Source: an uncultured virus (IMG/VR IMGVR_UViG_2061766007_001954) (lineage: Duplodnaviria > Heunggongvirae > Uroviricota > Caudoviricetes). Taken from it: a stretch of DNA of 64,000 nucleotides. The stretch is from the IMG/VR virus record IMGVR_UViG_2061766007_001954; one strand, given 5' to 3'. The notes beneath the pieces were generated by a model. That model was given only the letters and a program-made list of their open reading frames with translations, was not told the origin of the DNA and searched no databases. The first letter of the stretch is position 1. Every line of letters begins with the position of its first letter. The translations under genes were made by a program, and so were the position numbers. This document shows positions 60,050 to 64,000 of the stretch, piece after piece.

Positions 60050-60480
60050 CAGAATCACCCATTAAAGGCTGGACGACATTTGAATTCGCAAAGATCTGCG
60101 ATACCTGGAATGCTGTCGAGGACAAGATCAGAGCATTGTTCGACGATGGCGTGATGTTCAATGAGCCTGCTGATACCGAGTGTGTCTATCATCCGGATGA
60201 AGACACGATGCTCGGCATTCTGCGTTGGTGGCTCAAAGACGGCTTCCTGTTCGTAACGGTTACCGAGTATGACTGTAACGGCGATGTGTATGGACCCGGA
60301 AGTGCTTGCTACGGTGGTCCGCAGACATACTGTTGCCCTGAAGCATGGCTTGCTATGCCCAAGGAGCAATATATGCAAGAGTTCAAGGCACGCTACACGC
60401 CCTATAACCCACACAAAGAGGACCGAGAGCAGAGCGAATACGCAGAATATCTTCGACTCAGGGAGAAATTCGAGAAATGA
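60046..60480 (+). CDS. hypothetical protein
   Basis: GGAGG RBS. Confidence 0.65.
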   Translation: MTESPIKGWTTFEFAKICDTWNAVEDKIRALFDDGVMFNEPADTECVYHPDEDTMLGILRWWLKDGFLFVTVTEYDCNGDVYGPGSACYGGPQTYCCPEAWLAMPKEQYMQEFKARYTPYNPHKEDREQSEYAEYLRLREKFEK

Positions 60481-61376
60481 CAATCCAAGAACAGATAGCC
60501 GATCTTAAACAGCAGAGACAGGCTATCATCCTTGCGCACAACTACACGATGCCTGAAGTGCAGGACATTGCAGACTATACAGGAGATTCTCTGGAGCTGT
60601 CCAAGAAGGCAGCTGAATGTAAGGCACCTGTTATTGTCTTCTGCGGCGTCCGCTTCATGGCGGAGACTGCGAAGATCCTGTCGCCGGAGTCCATCGTGCT
60701 GCATCCGAATCCATCCTCCGGCTGTCCTATGGCTGATATGGTTGATCCTGATGAGCTGTTGCAGTGGCGCCGCTATCATCCACGGGCGACTGTGATCGCC
60801 TATGTAAACACTACGGCGCAGACCAAGACATTGGTCGACATCTGCTGCACATCCGGCAATGCAGATAGAATCGTCAGCAGGTTCCCACCCGATACAGAGA
60901 TCCTGTTCGTGCCTGATCAGAACCTTGGTGCCAACCTTAACAAGCAGCTGCATCGTAATATGCATCTGTGGCCCGGCTGCTGTCCGACACACAACAAGAT
61001 TCAGCCGCATCACATCAATGATGCAAAAATTGCACACCCTGACGCGGTTGTGTTGGTGCACCCGGAATGCAGCCCTGCAGTAGTAGAGCTTGCTGATTTT
61101 GCATTGTCTACTGGTGGTATGCTAAGATTCGTGAAGGCCGATGGGCGCAAGGAGTTCGTCATTGGCACGGAGACCGGTATTATCCACCGTATGCAGAAAG
61201 AGAATCCTGACAAGGTCTTCTATCCTTTGGATCCTGAACCCATTTGTCCGAACATGAAGAAGATCACGCTGGAGGATATTCTTTTCTGCATGCAGGATAT
61301 GAGCAATCAGGTAGAGCTGGATGCCATTACCATGCAGAATGCCCGAGTACCCATTGAGCGTATGCTTGGAGGATAA
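60477..61376 (+). CDS. nadA: quinolinate synthase
   Basis: ILAHNY, GDSLEL, FCGVRFMAE, GCPMA, YVNT, CCTSGNA, HPEC, CPNMKK. Confidence 0.95.
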   Translation: MTIQEQIADLKQQRQAIILAHNYTMPEVQDIADYTGDSLELSKKAAECKAPVIVFCGVRFMAETAKILSPESIVLHPNPSSGCPMADMVDPDELLQWRRYHPRATVIAYVNTTAQTKTLVDICCTSGNADRIVSRFPPDTEILFVPDQNLGANLNKQLHRNMHLWPGCCPTHNKIQPHHINDAKIAHPDAVVLVHPECSPAVVELADFALSTGGMLRFVKADGRKEFVIGTETGIIHRMQKENPDKVFYPLDPEPICPNMKKITLEDILFCMQDMSNQVELDAITMQNARVPIERMLGG

Positions 61377-61378
61377 CG

Positions 61379-62104
61379 ATGCTTCGAGATGCGTTCATGC
61401 GGTGGATGGCTATGCAAAACAGATTCCATCAGCATGATGAGCCAGCAGAAACAGAGCCAGCATTCCAGCAGGAATCTGGCACGGGTACAGCTGTTCCAAC
61501 GCCAGACGAAGTAGAGCCCGATGCGTACACACGCATGGCTGAATTGAGGGAACAGATTCGTGCAGAGCATCCTATGGCTTTCGATTGGTTCACACCTACA
61601 GATGTTGTGCGAGAACATCATGAGGAAGTGGACACAGACGTTGCAAATGAGCTGGCTGAGGCTATGGCTGAGCTTACTGAAGCCAGAAGGCAAGCACAGT
61701 TACTTGCGTCACCTGCGCATCTTACAACCATAACAGGTCATACTATCGGTCTGACACCAAGGAGACCAAACGCAATGTATCACTATGATACTACTGGATT
61801 GTATCATCGCAATCCATATGGGCTCGACAGCATATACGACAGTGTCATCACTCGCAGTGAGCCTCGCGAAACGCATCAACGTCTATGGCATGAACCATCG
61901 GATATTCCGCAGTACACAATACATACGCCGGTTACCATTCTCTACATCACAGAGGATGGTGATTCTAAAAGAGCGGTCCAGGAGACATTGCCTGCAGAAG
62001 GCAGTGTCAATTGGGAAGCTTTTGTATCTGAGTGTCATGTGTTGCGCTGGTGCTACTTCGATGATCTAATTAGTGAGCAGCCATTTATAAGGAGAAGAGC
62101 ATGA
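61379..62104 (+). CDS. hypothetical protein
   Basis: GGAGG RBS. Confidence 0.65.
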   Translation: MLRDAFMRWMAMQNRFHQHDEPAETEPAFQQESGTGTAVPTPDEVEPDAYTRMAELREQIRAEHPMAFDWFTPTDVVREHHEEVDTDVANELAEAMAELTEARRQAQLLASPAHLTTITGHTIGLTPRRPNAMYHYDTTGLYHRNPYGLDSIYDSVITRSEPRETHQRLWHEPSDIPQYTIHTPVTILYITEDGDSKRAVQETLPAEGSVNWEAFVSECHVLRWCYFDDLISEQPFIRRRA

Positions 62105-62655
62105 ACCTACCTAACCTGCTAGAAAAAGATTCAAGCCTGTATCTCTATCTGGAGGGTGACTGCATACGCATAGCCGATCGGAGTGATGAGGCAGAAGGCG
62201 AGCGTCTGGCGTTGGAGCTTGATGCCAATGGCTGGGTTGTTTCTGTTCCACAAGGAGATGATCTTCCGCTATTCGGATACAATGATAGCCATAGGATCGA
62301 GCTTGAGTTCTGGCGTAATAAAACTATGCCAAGTGATGATACTATCGTCAACTTCTTTTGGAATCTGATCCGACATTATGGCATCACCCGTTTTGCAGCA
62401 GAATTGAAGATTATAGGTCCTATGGACAATTGGGAGCTCATACTCGCATGGTACAGGTACGATGCAAGATACCCGAAACATATTTCCAGAACATGGATGT
62501 CGGACAGCGAAATTGACGTGTTCCGGGATACTTGTCCTAAAACGGCATGGGATATGATCTGCTATGGCATGCTGATGAGCCGCACACCAGGGAAGGCAGA
62601 CCCCGGTGGTTATACATACATCAATAATAAAAACCAGGAGGTGGGGGAGGTGTGA
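62101..62655 (+). CDS. hypothetical protein
   Basis: AGGAG RBS. Confidence 0.65.
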   Translation: MNLPNLLEKDSSLYLYLEGDCIRIADRSDEAEGERLALELDANGWVVSVPQGDDLPLFGYNDSHRIELEFWRNKTMPSDDTIVNFFWNLIRHYGITRFAAELKIIGPMDNWELILAWYRYDARYPKHISRTWMSDSEIDVFRDTCPKTAWDMICYGMLMSRTPGKADPGGYTYINNKNQEVGEV

Positions 62656-62876
62656 AGGAATTCAAAAACGATAGCGAGCGTCTTGAGTATGCTCTTACAG
62701 TGCTGAATAACATCAGCGAGCTGGCAGATAATGCCAAGACACTTGATGACCCCGATGAGAGCTTGTCTAATATAGCCGAGCTCGCAACAGCTGCTCATAT
62801 TCTCATCACGAGATCACAGCATGAGCCAGCTGTCGAGATGAACGATCTGCTTTTGGAGATCCACGAGCAGATGTAA
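62652..62876 (+). CDS. hypothetical protein
   Basis: GTGA coupling. Confidence 0.6.
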   Translation: MKEFKNDSERLEYALTVLNNISELADNAKTLDDPDESLSNIAELATAAHILITRSQHEPAVEMNDLLLEIHEQM

Positions 62877-62887
62877 GGAAGAAACAA

Positions 62888-63313
62888 ATGAAATTTTACT
62901 GCGCTGACCCGGAACTCAAACAATTGTATCGAAAACATGCCGATGACGCCGGGTTTGATATTTGTGCAAGTGAAGAGCTGCTTATCGAAGATCATGATTG
63001 GCACGTCATTAAGACTGGTCTGCATGTCGCTATTCCAAAGCGGTATGTTGGTATCGTGAAGCCTCGCAGCGGTCTCTCTTTGCAGTTTAACACTGACATC
63101 CATGCAGGAGTCATTGATGCATCGTACAGGGGAGAAATCCGTGTACTCATCAGTGCCCGGCAGACACCATTCAAGATTGAGAAGGGCGACAGAATTGCAC
63201 AGCTATGCGTACTAAGGCTGTACCCTGGTCCTGCTCAACAGGTGAGTAGCCTTGATGAACTCGAAGAAACCGAACGGGGATCGGATGGATTTGGGTCGAC
63301 TGGAGGCTACTGA
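62888..63313 (+). CDS. dut: trimeric dUTPase
   Basis: AGFDI, PRSG, GVIDASYRGE, RIAQL, RGSDGFGSTG. Confidence 0.95.
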   Translation: MKFYCADPELKQLYRKHADDAGFDICASEELLIEDHDWHVIKTGLHVAIPKRYVGIVKPRSGLSLQFNTDIHAGVIDASYRGEIRVLISARQTPFKIEKGDRIAQLCVLRLYPGPAQQVSSLDELEETERGSDGFGSTGGY

Positions 63314-63395
63314 TGGCAACTGGGTTTTGGTTCGCATTTCTGCTGATGGGCTTCTTGCTGTGCTATGGAGCAGTCGGCAGTAAAGGAAACAAGAA

Positions 63396-64000
63396 ATGAA
63401 CATCACAAAATTCGATCCGCATGATCGAGAAGCGCTTGTCAAGCTTGGCGCATATCCTGCCATTGTCGCGCTGCCTGCTACCTTTGTCCAGACATTTATG
63501 GCGGATGGTGGCAGACATCTTACGTCAATCGGCAGTGCTGCTGCCGGTAAGGACGCTCGGGTTATCTCTGATGTCTACACACCTGCATTGAACAGACTCA
63601 ATCTGACAGTGCAGTCTCAGGGTGGTTCTATCGAGCAGACTTTCCGTGCAAGGCTGAGTGTCGGTAGACGCGAAGCAAAGAATCATCGCACGCTGCGGGT
63701 AAAGCTTATTGAGGCTCCACATATGGAAGGCCGCAAAGAGCGTTCCGGTATCGTGCTCGATGCTTCAGGAGCAAGACATCGGCTGCGTATGCGTAAGTTC
63801 AATCGGAATCTGCAGGAACAGTTCCGACATCAGATCATCAAGATCTACGAGACCACAGGCATTCCGCAGAACGTCGATTGGAAGCTTGCAGGCGGTAAGC
63901 GCATCAAAGATGCTCTGGAATTCGACAAGATTGTAAAGTACACATGGTGTGACGGTGATTACCGAAATACTGTGGCAGCTACCAGGCTTGTCTTCCAGCT
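63396..64000 (+). CDS. hypothetical protein, runs off the window end
   Basis: AAGGA RBS; frame MNITKFDPHD... is open to 64000. Confidence 0.6.
   Translation, partial: MNITKFDPHDREALVKLGAYPAIVALPATFVQTFMADGGRHLTSIGSAAAGKDARVISDVYTPALNRLNLTVQSQGGSIEQTFRARLSVGRREAKNHRTLRVKLIEAPHMEGRKERSGIVLDASGARHRLRMRKFNRNLQEQFRHQIIKIYETTGIPQNVDWKLAGGKRIKDALEFDKIVKYTWCDGDYRNTVAATRLVFQ

Overview
This window is a 64-kb segment of a large dsDNA tailed-phage genome, probably infecting an anaerobe (NrdDG, FNT channel). The scaffold has four N gaps with duplicated flanks. 1-7.9 kb is an RNA island. It holds about ten tRNAs (many with co-varying, remodelled D/T elbows), a DUF2828 Ro60/TROVE-like vWA protein, nine related stem-ACAGCAA RNAs that mostly carry different anticodon-like stem-loops, and two ~300-nt RNAs that reproduce the 23S rRNA uL11-binding H43/H44 domain split by a large insert. 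7.9-9.4 kb is non-coding and rich in hairpins and repeats. Next is a minus-strand terminase large subunit. Its intein carries the LAGLIDADG endonuclease as a separately initiated gene overprinted in another frame. 13.7-38 kb holds small accessory genes, coaD, a RuvC-less TnpB-like ORF and the replication/recombination module: SbcCD-like proteins, an SF2 helicase and PolA (each split by a group I intron with a GIY-YIG gene), DnaB-like helicase, primase and RecA. 39-47 kb holds a retron-type RT, NAD-dependent ligase, a complete ubiquitin-like cassette (E2, JAB, E1, two Ubl genes) and RusA. 52-64 kb holds thyX, nrdD (with intein), nrdG, nadA and dut. All calls come from reading motifs and base-pairing by eye; no database searches were run.
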